A stretch of 45,704 bases of DNA from Octopus bimaculoides (lineage: Eukaryota), in NCBI RefSeq assembly GCF_001194135.2, contig NC_068987.1:6512167-6557870 (forward strand), read 5' to 3'. Of this stretch, positions 35,373 through 45,704 are shown in pieces; position 1 is the stretch's first letter; the number at the start of each line of letters is the position of its first letter. A program made the position numbers and the translations under genes. The notes beneath the pieces were generated by a model. The model did no database searches. It was not told the origin of the DNA and saw only the letters and a program-made list of their open reading frames with translations.

Positions 35373-36983
35373 GAAATTCATTTACTTGTTCATTTATAAA
35401 AAAATATGAAAAAAAAAAAAAATCACTCATTTGCAAAAAAATTATTTATTTTCATTTTTCTCTCTCTTCATACTTTGTTCCATTTCAGAGGGGTACCGAA
35501 AAATATAGTGACCCTCGGTCGGCAGAGGAGGGAACCACTCGGAAAAGTACGACCTGGTTAAATGAACCTTATCGTGGCACTGCAATAAACGATGTAATTA
35601 TGTTGGCCGTTGTTCATTGCCAATTTTATTCCACTGGATCTCTCAACAATCTCTTCTTCTTGCCTCAATGTTTAACCACCTCTGCCATTTAAGTCCGCGG
35701 TCTCTTATATCTATATTTTCTCATGATCCTCTTTCTCACCAACACTCATTGCTTACATCTTTCTTTTCTTTTCTTCTTATATATATAACTACTTCTATTA
35801 CAAACTAATATTATTATTTAAATTTTTTTTGCCATTCTTTCTTCTCTTCATCTTGTACTCTATTTCTGAATCGTTCTTTTATATATCTGTTGGTCCTCTA
35901 TCGATTGTTTAACCATTCACTCACTGTTAGTCTGTTTTTCATTCTCTTACCCTCTCTATCCTTCAGCGTTTGCCTTCCAGATACATCTATCAATCTATCT
36001 CTTTGTTTATTTGATTCTCTCCTTATCTGTCGCTTTATCTAACTTACCAACTAACCCTAACTAAATGTCGGCCATTTTTATTTAGCTAACAAATCATTAT
36101 TTCTTCTATTTTCTAGTTATTTATTTTTTAGCACATATCTTCTCTTGCAATTCAATTCTTACTAACATTTGCTTTATGGAATTGCCAAACTCTTGCCTTG
36201 TCTGCTTTCTGTTACTCATTGGCATTATAAACATTTGTTCCTATGCTGTTCCTATGTTACTGACTTTGGTTATTATATATTTTTATTATTTTTTAAAAAT
36301 TTCTGTCATATTACCAGGTAACCTACCAACCAGGTGATCAATCAAGCAATCATTAACCTCAAGAACATTTTGTTTGATTACTGTTTTTGAAGATTATTTG
36401 TTTTTTTATGTTGAATGTTTTATAAAAAGAAGTCCAAGTCTTTGTAAACCGAATTTCAAAGCCAGTTTCAATTCTTAATTGTGAAAGAAATCTTACATTG
36501 TTAATTATTTTTTTGGTAATGATTTCAACATTCCACTGTTTTAAGTCTGTGAGAGTTTATAGTTCTGTAAGAAATAATTATTTGCAGCTTGGTGTTTTGG
36601 ACATTTTAATGCAAATCCCATCGCATTTGTCTTTTATTCCATCAAAATTTATAAAACAAGATCCAGTATTTATAAAAGATTGAGTTAATCCAATCGACTA
36701 TATTGACCGTCCATTGATTCTGTAGGTGTATGCACAACTGTACGTGTATATGCACGAATCCACATGCATCAGTATTTATATCTATGAGTGTATGTGTGTG
36801 TGTGTGTGTGTGTGTGGTCTCTGCCTCACTCTGTCTGTTTCTCACAGTAGATATCATCATCATTGTCATCATCATTTTATGTTCCCCCTATACTTGCTAG
36901 CAGGGGTTGGATTCAGTTCTGTATTTAAGAGATGAGGATTTACGTACATTATTTACGTTATTTACATTATTTACCTTTGACAG

Positions 36984-37097
36984 ATATTGTGTGAGCAATT
37001 TTCTGCTGCTTCTAGAATGATGAGCCAAAAGTTTTTTTCTGCTGTTACTGCTTCATGGAGAAATCTAGGCAAACCGGGGTTACAATCACCACTGTGA
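36984..37097 (+). CDS. Candidate last coding exon, ILCEQFSAASRMMSQKFFSAVTASWRNLGKPGLQSPL*
   Basis: Acceptor tttacattatttacctttgacag, 37 open codons in phase 0, TGA at 37095-37097, and AATAAA about 137 nt downstream. No protein family recognised. Confidence 0.4.
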   Translation: MLCEQFSAASRMMSQKFFSAVTASWRNLGKPGLQSPL

Positions 37098-37387
37098 TAT
37101 CAAAGACGAACAATGGTTTAAATTTTTAGGAGCCATTTGTTTTCTACTCGTATGTAACATTGTGCAGGTGTACCATGTGTATGTACAAATCTATAGCAAG
37201 TGTATACCTGCACGATGTTACGTACAAGTTGAAAATAAATGGCTCCTAATAATTTAAACCATTGTTCGTCTTTGTTATCACAGTGGTGATTGTAACCCCC
37301 GCTTGCCTAGATTTCTCCATGAAGCAGTAACAGCAGAAAAAAACTTTTGGCTCATCATTCTAGAAGCAGCAGAAAATTGCTCACACA
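36988..37387. repeat. 400-bp palindrome: 186-bp arms, 28-nt loop, 10 mismatches, no TSD
   Basis: Hand alignment of 36988-37173 against the reverse complement of 37202-37387: the outer 85 bp are identical, with 2 mismatches in the outer 104 bp and 8 in the inner 82 bp. Confidence 0.95.
37234..37277 (+). terminator. Candidate polyadenylation site
   Basis: AATAAA at 37234-37239, CA at 37260-37261, then the GU-rich element ttgttcgtctttgtt. Confidence 0.4.
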
Positions 37388-37520
37388 GGTACAAAACCAC
37401 GTTTGCAGTAACATGACATAGGGGCCCCACCCCTTTTTCTGAAAACAAAACAACCTCGGTCTGAGAATCAAACTGGAAGTGACTCTCTTCTGACAAGTTG
37501 TGTAAACTAATGCGAAATAG

Positions 37521-37880
37521 TCGTGGCACTCTGTCGGTTACGACGACGAGGGTTCCAGTTGATCCGATCAACAAAATGTTAATGTACAAGTGGCTGAGTA
37601 CTCCACAGACATGGGTACCCTTAATGTAGTTCTCAGGGAGATTCAGTGTGACACAGAGTGTGACAAGGCTGGCCCTTCGAAATACAGGTAGAACAGAAAC
37701 AGGAAGAGTGAAGGAAAGTTGTAAAGAAGGAGTACAGCAAAGTTCACCACCACCACCAGAGCTGCATGGAACTTTAGGTGTTTCCACTCAATAAACACTC
37801 ACAACACCCGGTCTGGGAATCGAAACCACGATCCTATGACCGCGAGTCTGCTGCCCTAACCACTGGGCCATTGCGCCTCC
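37521..37880 (-). mobile_element. SINE family C
   Basis: Reverse complement of the 38408 element (gtggcactctgtcggttacgacgacgagggttccagttgatc..gggaatcgaaacc..cactgggccattgcgcctcc). Confidence 0.9.
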
Positions 37881-38407
37881 ACACTAGATCGTGATACAGT
37901 GGACTTATCGTTGGAGATAACAATAAGATTTGCTGTGATAATATGCTTTGGCATTTCTTTCATAGCTTAAGAATATTTCATCTTTAGTCTCCTCTGATTG
38001 ATCTATGTCTGTTGCCTGAAACTAAATTTAAATGCTTGACCCATAACCATAAAAACAGCAGTTAAAACCTTGACCACTTATCTGGATATATTATTACAAG
38101 ATTTGTTGACTTTGGCGATCTGGAAGCCTGCGTTGACCTTGGCAAGGTTTCAAACTCAACTTGACTGACTATCAATTATATTGTAAATGAAACAGTCTGA
38201 TTGACTCTTGGCCAGTTTAACTGTATTATTCTTAGCTTAAATCTAGTTCCATTACAGCTAATTAAACTTTACCATTCATTCAGCTCTCTTCTCTTTGTAA
38301 TTCCATCTGTGTGGATGTTGTCACAGCATTTCAAACTCTAGTACTCAGTTTTTGGCTGCTGTTTTATGGCAAGTTTGTTGTCTTAACCCCTTCGTTACTA
38401 TATTTCT

Positions 38408-38785
38408 CTGGAGTCGCAATGGTCCAGTGGTGAGGGCAGCGGACTCACGGTTGTAGGATCGCAGTTTCGATTCCCACACCAGACGTTGTGAGTGTTTATT
38501 GAGCAAAAGCACCTAAAGCTCCATGAGGCTCCGGCAGGGGATGGTGGCGAACCCTGCTGTACTCTTTCACCACAACTTTCTCTCACTCTTTCTTCCTGTT
38601 TCTGTTGTACCTGTATTTCAAAGGGCCAGCCTTGTCACACTGTGTCACGCTGAATCTCCCCGAGAACTACGTTAAGGGAACACGTGTCTGTGGAGTGCTC
38701 AGCCACTTGCACATTAATTTCACGAGCAGGCTGTTCCGTTTATCAGATCAACTGGAACCCTCGTCGTCGTAAGCGACGGAGTGCC
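38408..38785 (+). mobile_element. SINE family C, full length, with an 11-bp TSD
   Basis: tRNA-like head (tggtccagtgg; gtttcgattccc). TSD ACTATATTTCT at 38397-38407 and 38786-38796. It sits just after a TTAACCCC end-like motif. Confidence 0.9.
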
Positions 38786-39158
38786 ACTATATTTCTGATG
38801 AAATACGTATTTCCTGTTTTCACTAATGTAGCTAGGGTGGCTGCTACCTGGGGCAGACCACCCCTTCCACCCCATCCTGCTACGCTACTGTATGTATCTC
38901 AGTTTATTACATAATGAATCAAGACCCATGGGACACACTAAATGGTTCATCTAACGAAAAATTACTTTGAAGTTTTTAGCAGTGAGGCCTGTTTCGGGAT
39001 GAGCCATGTCCCATCCAGCCAGCTTCTCAAAAATGATTGCTCATGCCTGTCCTAGTATTAGCTCAGTAACTCATGCTATTGAACTAATTCTAAGGTTGTT
39101 TAATTTCCTAGAAATAGCAGCGAAATATCCCTTAAATGACACATTATACCATCTATGA

Positions 39159-39431
39159 CAGTGGTTCTCAACCGTTTTTTTTTTTTACCTATGGGCCCCT
39201 TAGGTTCCTATTTTACTCAAGTGGACCCGACCACCAATAGCCACTTGATGTTTAAAGAATCCTGTTATATTTTGATAATTAATTATTATTAGGAAATTGT
39301 ATAAAAAAAAATTGTTAAAATATTTTTGTATATTGTAGAATTAAAACTGGTTTAATGCACATAAATTTTAACAACAAATTCTTAGATTGGCCCCCTCCTA
39401 GGGTCAGAAGGATGTTCGTTGAGAACCACTG
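39159..39431. mobile_element. hAT (Charlie-type) MITE
   Basis: Perfect 14-bp TIR CAGTGGTTCTCAAC. 8-bp TSD ATCTATGA at 39151-39158 and 39432-39439. Confidence 0.95.
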
Positions 39432-39515
39432 ATCTATGATAAAAGAGGACATGTTGACATGTTGGAAATGTCCTTGATAGAGGAAACGAAAAAAAAAATG
39501 ATAGGATGGTCATGG

Positions 39516-39595
39516 TTGGAGTGTCTTTGTGCATAAGCTGGGGTGTCTTTGTGCATAACTTGGAGTGTCTTTGTGCATAACTTGGAGTGTTTTTG
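39516..39595. repeat. 22-bp minisatellite, about 3.6 copies (TTGGAGTGTCTTTGTGCATAAC)
   Basis: Direct tandem units. Confidence 0.9.
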
Positions 39596-40044
39596 TTCTG
39601 TGGGAGCAAGCCTTGAGATAGACACCAAGAACAATAAGTATAGCTATAACGACACCACCAAGGACACAAGAAGATTAGTTAAACCTCCAAGAACATCAGT
39701 GTTGTCCTTAAGCGACATTAATATGTGAGCACAATCATAAAAGAATAGTAACAGCAATAACAATTTGGCCTTCAACTACAATAACATCAATAACATTAAA
39801 AATTCAAAGCACTGAACAAGATAAAGCGAAAAAAAATCAAAAAAAAAAAATCAATAAAATGCAGAGTATAGATCTTGGCTATAAGAATCAACATTGATAC
39901 AATATGACATAAACACTGCCATACTGTTTTATGCTCTTAACTTCGATATGTATTGAGTCCAACAGAATAGTGAAATGTTTATATTGTACTGGAGTGTTTT
40001 ATGCACCTGGCTTCCAAAATGATAAGTATATATATGACCTTAAT

Positions 40045-40270
40045 TAATTCGTGTATAAACCAGCCAGATCTGGCCCAAATATTCTATCTGTTTTATGTTC
40101 AAACCAGTCAGATCCAGCCTCTCACACCTACCCTACTATGTCGTTCTAAATGCAAACTGTTATGTCCTCGAATTCTCAAAGCTGCAAGATGATGCCTGAC
40201 TAATTCGAGACAATGGGAATAAATGAGCATTATTACATTTGGCAGAATAATCTGAATGCTAAAGGGTTAA
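40045..40270. mobile_element. Probable TTAA-targeting (piggyBac-type) MITE with a decayed left end
   Basis: Right end aatctgaatgctaaagggTTAA. The left end cannot be confirmed as a TIR. Confidence 0.45.
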
Positions 40271-40319
40271 ATCTCAAAGTCTTCATGTTTATCATCATCA
40301 TCATCGTCATCGTCATCAT

Positions 40320-40680
40320 CATCATCGTTTTACGTCCGCTTTCTATGCTGGCATGGGTTGGACGGTTTGACTGAGGACTGGCAAGCCAGTAGACTGCACC
40401 AGGCTCCAATCTGATCTGGCAAGGTTTCTACAGCTGGATGCCCTTCCTAATGCCAACCACTCTGAGAGTGGAATGTAGTGGGTGCTTTTTTACATGCCAC
40501 CGGCACAGGAGCCAGTCAGGAGGCACTGGCATCAACCACATTCAGATGATGCTTTTTACATGCCACTGGCACAGGAGCCAGTCAGGGGGCACTGCCATTG
40601 ACCATGCTTGAATGTTGCTTATTACATGCTGCCAGCACAGGTGCCACTCAGGCGGCACTGGCATCAGCCATGACTACGAT
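40320..40680 (-). mobile_element. Retroposon family D with (CAT)n tail; a second diverged piece in the same orientation at about 40770-40870
   Basis: catcgttttacgtccgctttctatgctggcatgggttggacgg..ctacagctggatgcccttcctaatgccaaccac. Confidence 0.9.
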
Positions 40681-41017
40681 TTTTCATTTAATGTCCATTT
40701 CTCATGCTTGCTTGGATCAGACAGTTTGAAAGGATCTGGTGAGCCAGAGGGCTCTGTTGAGCTCCATGTCAGGTTTGGCATGGTTTCTGCAGTTAGATGC
40801 CATTCCTAATACCAACAACTTTACAGTGTGCATTGGGGTGCTATTTATGTGCCGCCGACACTTGTGGAGGTGCCAAGTAACTTGGGAAATGGGAAAGAAC
40901 AAGGAGAAGGAAGAAGAGGGAAAGAGAAAAGCTCACTTGACTAAGTGGGGGTGGGTATTTGGGTGCGTGGAGAGATTCTGCTCTGAAATGCAGTACATGC
41001 ATTCCAGCACTAAGACA

Positions 41018-41020
<3 letters not shown>

Positions 41021-41094
<74 letters not shown>

Positions 41095-41150
41095 TGAGTG
41101 AGTGAGTGAGTGAGTGAGTGAGTGAGTGAGTGTGTGTGTGTGTGTGTGTC
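41021..41150. repeat. Compound (TG)n-(GAGT)n-(TG)n microsatellite
   Basis: Direct runs. Confidence 0.95.
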
Positions 41151-41599
41151 TGTCTGCCTGTCTGTCTGTGAATGTGTGAGTATGTGTGTATGTATATATA
41201 TATTTATCATATTAAGGGCTTTACTACACATAAAGGCCTCACATTATAAGCGTCTCTTCAAGTCAAAACTACTTTAATAAATATACAGTGTACCGACAGC
41301 GAGGGAATGTAACTTGGAAGTGGTCAAGTAGTTTTGACTTTAAGAGTCCCTTATGTGTATGATTGTGTATAGAGGAATATATTACTCAAAGAAATTCCAA
41401 CTTTGTCTGATTTTCACGTTTTATTTACAATCTTATAATAATATAAGATAATATAATATGAAATGAAATGATAGAATATTAAATATCCATTCTGACTGAA
41501 GTAATAAACTATGCAATCTTCAGCTTCATGTAGTAGTGGTAACACTTAGGTTTTACAATTTACAACTATATATGTATATAAACTCATGTTTATTGTCTG

Positions 41600-42879
41600 G
41601 AAATCTTTCATCACACATCTGTGACCTCTTCAGCGACACTTTTCGTTTCCATGTATGCTCTTGCTCCACTTACTCCATTCTGTTCATGTAAGATGTATAT
41701 CCTTATGTGCGCATGCATCCGTGTTTGTGTATGTGTGTGTGTGTGTGTATGCTTGTGTGTGTGTCATTGCTTTTAGCAGCACTGTGGCCTTCTCTTCAGC
41801 CCCATTCTCTCACCCTGTCGTGCTGCTGCTGTCCTAAGACCCAAAAATTTGGTACAGTTCCTGTATCTCTCTGTTTGTGTTTGCCCACGGTGTTGCCATC
41901 GTGGTAGTTGTTGTCACCGTTGTCACTGTCACTGCAGCTGTTGTTGTGGCTGTCCATGAAATTTCTTGTGTATGTGTTTGTGTGTGTGTTTGGTTTGCTT
42001 CGTATGTTGCTTGTATCCATGGCCTTTATATGAATTTATTTATTTATTCATTTCATCTATTTCTGTTTCGTATATTTATCACAGGCATATGACAAATATA
42101 TTTATTTATTTATATATTTATATAATTATTTATTTATTTTTTACTTTTTATTTATTTATCTCTATTTCTTATATGCATCATAGGTAAGGGCATATATGTC
42201 TGTTGTGTCTATTACCCTGCATATACAGATACATACAGGGTAATACATACGCAATAGACACAGCAGGCATGTATGCACTTACCTGTGATATATATAAGAA
42301 ACAAAGATAGATAAATAAAAATAAATAAATATATAAATAAATATGTGTCACATGCCTGTGATAAATATAAGAAATAGAGATAGAAAAAAAAAATGAATCC
42401 ATATAAAGGGCACGGATACAAACAACATAGAAAGGGAACCCATACACACACACAAACACACACACAAGAAATTTCACAGACAGCCACAACAATATCAACA
42501 ATATGAAAGACAACGATAGCAGCAACGGTGACAACAGTGGGAATAATAACAATAATTACCACAATGGCAACATTGTGGGTGAACACACAAACACAGAGAG
42601 ATACAGGAACTGTACCAAATTTTCGGGTCATAGGACAGCAGTAGCACAATGGGGTGAGAGGGTGGGGCTGAGGGGAAGGCCATACTTCTGCTAAGAACAA
42701 TGACACACACAAGCATGCCCACCCACCCACACACATATACACACATAAACACAGGTGCAAATGCATGCACACATAAGGATACACATCTTGGAAGAACGGA
42801 ATAGAGTAAGTGGAGCAAGAGTACACATGAAAATGAAAAGCGTCACTGAAGAGGTCACAGATGTGTGACACAAGATTTC
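41600..42879. repeat. ~1.28-kb diverged palindrome, arms about 620 bp, 16-nt central loop
   Basis: Shared blocks such as cacacatctgtgacctcttcag, aaaatttggtacagttcctgtatctctctg and tatttatcacaggcat occur inverted. Centre attaccctg-(16 nt)-cagggtaat at 42211-42244. Confidence 0.9.
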
Positions 42880-43549
42880 TGGGCATTGGACATGAGCTAA
42901 AATAAGGACAGTAATAAACGAGTGAAGAACTAATATATATTTGGCAAAAGAATGAAAAAATGACCCTCCTGAAATAGGCTGCTGCACTTGTGATTGCTAG
43001 ATCATGGGTTTGATTTCCGAACTGGGTAGCATGTTGTGTTCTTGAGCAAAACATTTCATTTCACATTGTTTTGTGGGTAGGAGAGTGACAGAATAATTAA
43101 CACATTGGCAAAAAGTTAACGAATAATCTCATTAAAATGCAGTATTTCTTTTACTTGTTTCAGTCATTTGACAGGGGGGAGGGGCATACTGGAGCTCCAG
43201 TCTACTCAGCTGACAAAAATGAGTTTAGCTTGTGGTGGACTGGTATCCTATCCAGGTGGGGAATTTATATGCCATGAAACCAGGAAAGCAGCCCTTGTGA
43301 GTCAACATTACCTGAGAAAGTTACCTTTACTTTCACTTTTGTTCCCTGCAGAATTACTGACCTTGAACCCTGTAATGGACAGGTGTCCCTTTCAGGAATA
43401 GTTGTGGTAACCATCTTTATGAGCCACAGGGTTTAAGAAAACCAAATACAAAAGCTTCTGGTGCATCTAGATGCTTCTTTACATTCGGTCTCCTTGTCAA
43501 ATGAAAATTCTCAATATATATCATAATTGAACCATACTCAATGACTGGT

Positions 43550-44000
43550 CACCGCGCCAGTGGAGCACTAACAGCACTGTCGAGCGTGTGTTCATTGCCA
43601 GAGCAGCCATCTGGCTTCCATGCTAGTGGCCCGTAAATAGCACCATTAGAGAGTAATCGTTACCAGCGTTGCCTTCTAGCACTTGTGCTGGTGGCACGTT
43701 AGAAAATCATTCGAGCGAGGTTGTTTCCAGTACCGCTGGACTGGCTCCCGTACAGGTGGCACGTAAAATACACCATTTTGAGCGTGGCCGTTGCCAGTAC
43801 CTCCTGACTGGCCCTCGTGCCGGTGGAACCTAAAAGCACCTACTACACTCTCGGAGTGGTTGGCGTTAGGAAGGGCATCCAGCTGTAGAAACTCTGCCAG
43901 ATCAGATTGGAGCCTGGTGCAGCCATCTGGCTTGCCAGTCCTCAGTCAAATTGTCCAACCCATACTAGCATGGAAGGCGGACGTTAAACGATGATGATGA
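43550..44000 (+). mobile_element. Retroposon family D, long 3' portion
   Basis: Subrepeats, then ctcggagtggttggcgttaggaagggcatccagctgtagaaac..ggacgttaaacgatgatgatga. Confidence 0.9.
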
Positions 44001-44492
44001 TTGCTAGACAGTAAAATGCAACATGTACCTCTGGAGAAAAAAAAAACCAACAAAAAAAAACAAAGCAAAAGGAATGTTGCATGTGCATTTTAGCATAAAA
44101 ATGTTGCATATATGCATCCTTACAATTCACTGTCCATTGTACAAGCCTCTCTCTCTGTTCTTTGGTACTTTAATGATGCATGTGTCTTGCTTGAGTCTGT
44201 GCATTTTATTTTTTTTCCTACTGAGCTGCATTGCATCAGATTCAGCAACTTCCCTGCTGATGTTGTGTATACTACTACTACTACTATAATATCAAATGTC
44301 TCTGCCAACTGCAAGATGTTATCTTTTGTCTATTTTAGAACATCTTTTTTTCATATTTTATATGTAGTCTATGCATATATATATACATGTTCATTTTATA
44401 ATGTGTATACATACATACATATATATATANNNNNNNNNNNNNNNNNNNNNNNNNNNNNNNNNNNNNNNNNTGTATATGTTCTTTTTACAATA

Positions 44493-44535
<43 letters not shown>

Positions 44536-44899
44536 GTATTTCATATAATTTATAATATCATTTCAGTTTTTTAATACATTTTTATATATTTTTGTAATTT
44601 TATATTTTAGCATTTGTGTTTTATTCCTACACATTATAAATGCACATAAAGTATGTATATGTATGGATTTGTATGAATATATAAATATGCTATTGGGATG
44701 AATGTGTATGGACATATATGTGTGTACATACATGTGGTGCAGTGTATGTGTACACACACATAGATACACACATATACATACATACATACATACATACATA
44801 CATACATACACACACACTGATATAATGGTTTATATGGTATCTATACACCCAAAAAAGAATAGCAGAAAATGTGAAGTAGTTTTCTATTATTTATTGCAG

Positions 44900-44950
44900 C
44901 AGATAAAGTTGGCATTTGATGATAATAACTGGAAATTTCTCACCATGCAT
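44900..44950 (+). CDS. Candidate 51-nt exon (QIKLAFDDNNWKFLTMH)
   Basis: Good acceptor ttttctattatttattgcag and a single open frame; weak donor CAT|gtatca. Confidence 0.15.
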
Positions 44951-45615
44951 GTATCATCTGCAGAAATAATTTTAACATGGCGGAAACATATTCTTGCTTA
45001 CATGCACAAACACTCAGATGCTCACAAACGTACATACACATGCTTGTTCATAACAGCATGTATATTTGTGTTTGTGTGTGTGTGTGTGAGTGTGTATATG
45101 TAGTATATGTATATGTGTATATATGTATGTATGCATATATATACATATATATATTTTATCTTTAAATTACCTACTACCGTATACCTTATAACGAGGACCA
45201 TACATGCTGAGGTAATACACCAGGAGTGCCTACAGATACATCTATCCCTTAGATGGTTGCATAGCCTCTAACCTATATCGTGCTTATATATATATATATA
45301 TATATATATACATACATATATATATATGCATGTATCATCATCATCATCATCGACATCAACATTTAAAGTCCATTTTGCATGCTGGTGTGGGTTGGACGGG
45401 TTGACAGGGGCTGGTCAGCTGGAGAGCTGCCTGGGCTTCCTGTTGGCATATATATATGGAGACAAACTCCATTCCTCCATATGATTGGCTTGAAGAATTG
45501 TTAAGATATGTTTCTTAACATGAAACCATTGATAGCCTTAATACACAAATAAGGAAATTTTCATTCACCAATGCAGTGTTGAGCATTCATTCTTGTCATT
45601 CAATATTTCTGAACC

Positions 45616-45704
45616 ACCACCACCACCACCACCACCACCACCATCACCACCACCACCACCACCAATACCACTACCAACACTATCACCATCATCACCACCA
45701 TCAC
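45616..45704. repeat. (CAC/CAT)n microsatellite running to the window end
   Basis: Direct trinucleotide run. Confidence 0.95.

Noticed and set aside
35489-35560. Hammerhead-like core (cagaggag-ggaacca-ctc-ggaaa), and an exon after the strong acceptor at 35488
   Set aside because: It lacks the invariant CUGANGA and supportable stems I and III. No convincing donor follows the acceptor.
37278-37787. 169-aa - strand ORF as a single-exon gene
   Set aside because: Its first 89 or so codons lie inside the family C SINE. Only 37520-37278 is unique, and that part is covered in the palindrome finding.
9952-38785. SINE heads as functional tRNA genes
   Set aside because: They have A and B boxes but no full cloverleaf, and each continues into a shared repeat body.
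27263-39595. Direct repeats as a CRISPR array or other prokaryotic system
   Set aside because: There are no unique spacers between identical repeats, no cas genes or operons, and the context is eukaryotic.

Overview
AT-rich eukaryotic scaffold, not prokaryotic. There are 13 N-gaps totalling about 5.25 kb, most bounded by microsatellites. The repeat content points to a cephalopod, most likely Octopus (inference from recalled SINE families; no search run). The window is mostly intron or intergenic DNA filled with microsatellites, four retroposon families and several non-autonomous DNA transposons. I use local labels for the retroposons: A = CORE-like tRNA SINE with an internal microsatellite; B = tRNA SINE with a GCCTTTCATCC..GTCGATAAA core; C = a third tRNA SINE; D = a (GAT)n-tailed retroposon with ~65-bp subrepeats. 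Two DNA elements have verifiable target-site duplications (TSDs). No long ORF is real: most tracked ORFs are N-gap, microsatellite or repeat artefacts. No gene can be named. A + strand gene body from about 7.6 kb to 37.3 kb is weakly suggested by a drop in CpG, several small candidate exons, and a candidate last exon with a textbook poly(A) site. The most unusual feature is a 400-bp near-perfect palindrome (36988-37387) that covers this candidate last exon and its poly(A) signal. The window also holds five other fold-back elements, including one with head-to-head telomere-like repeats, and several inverted SINE pairs.
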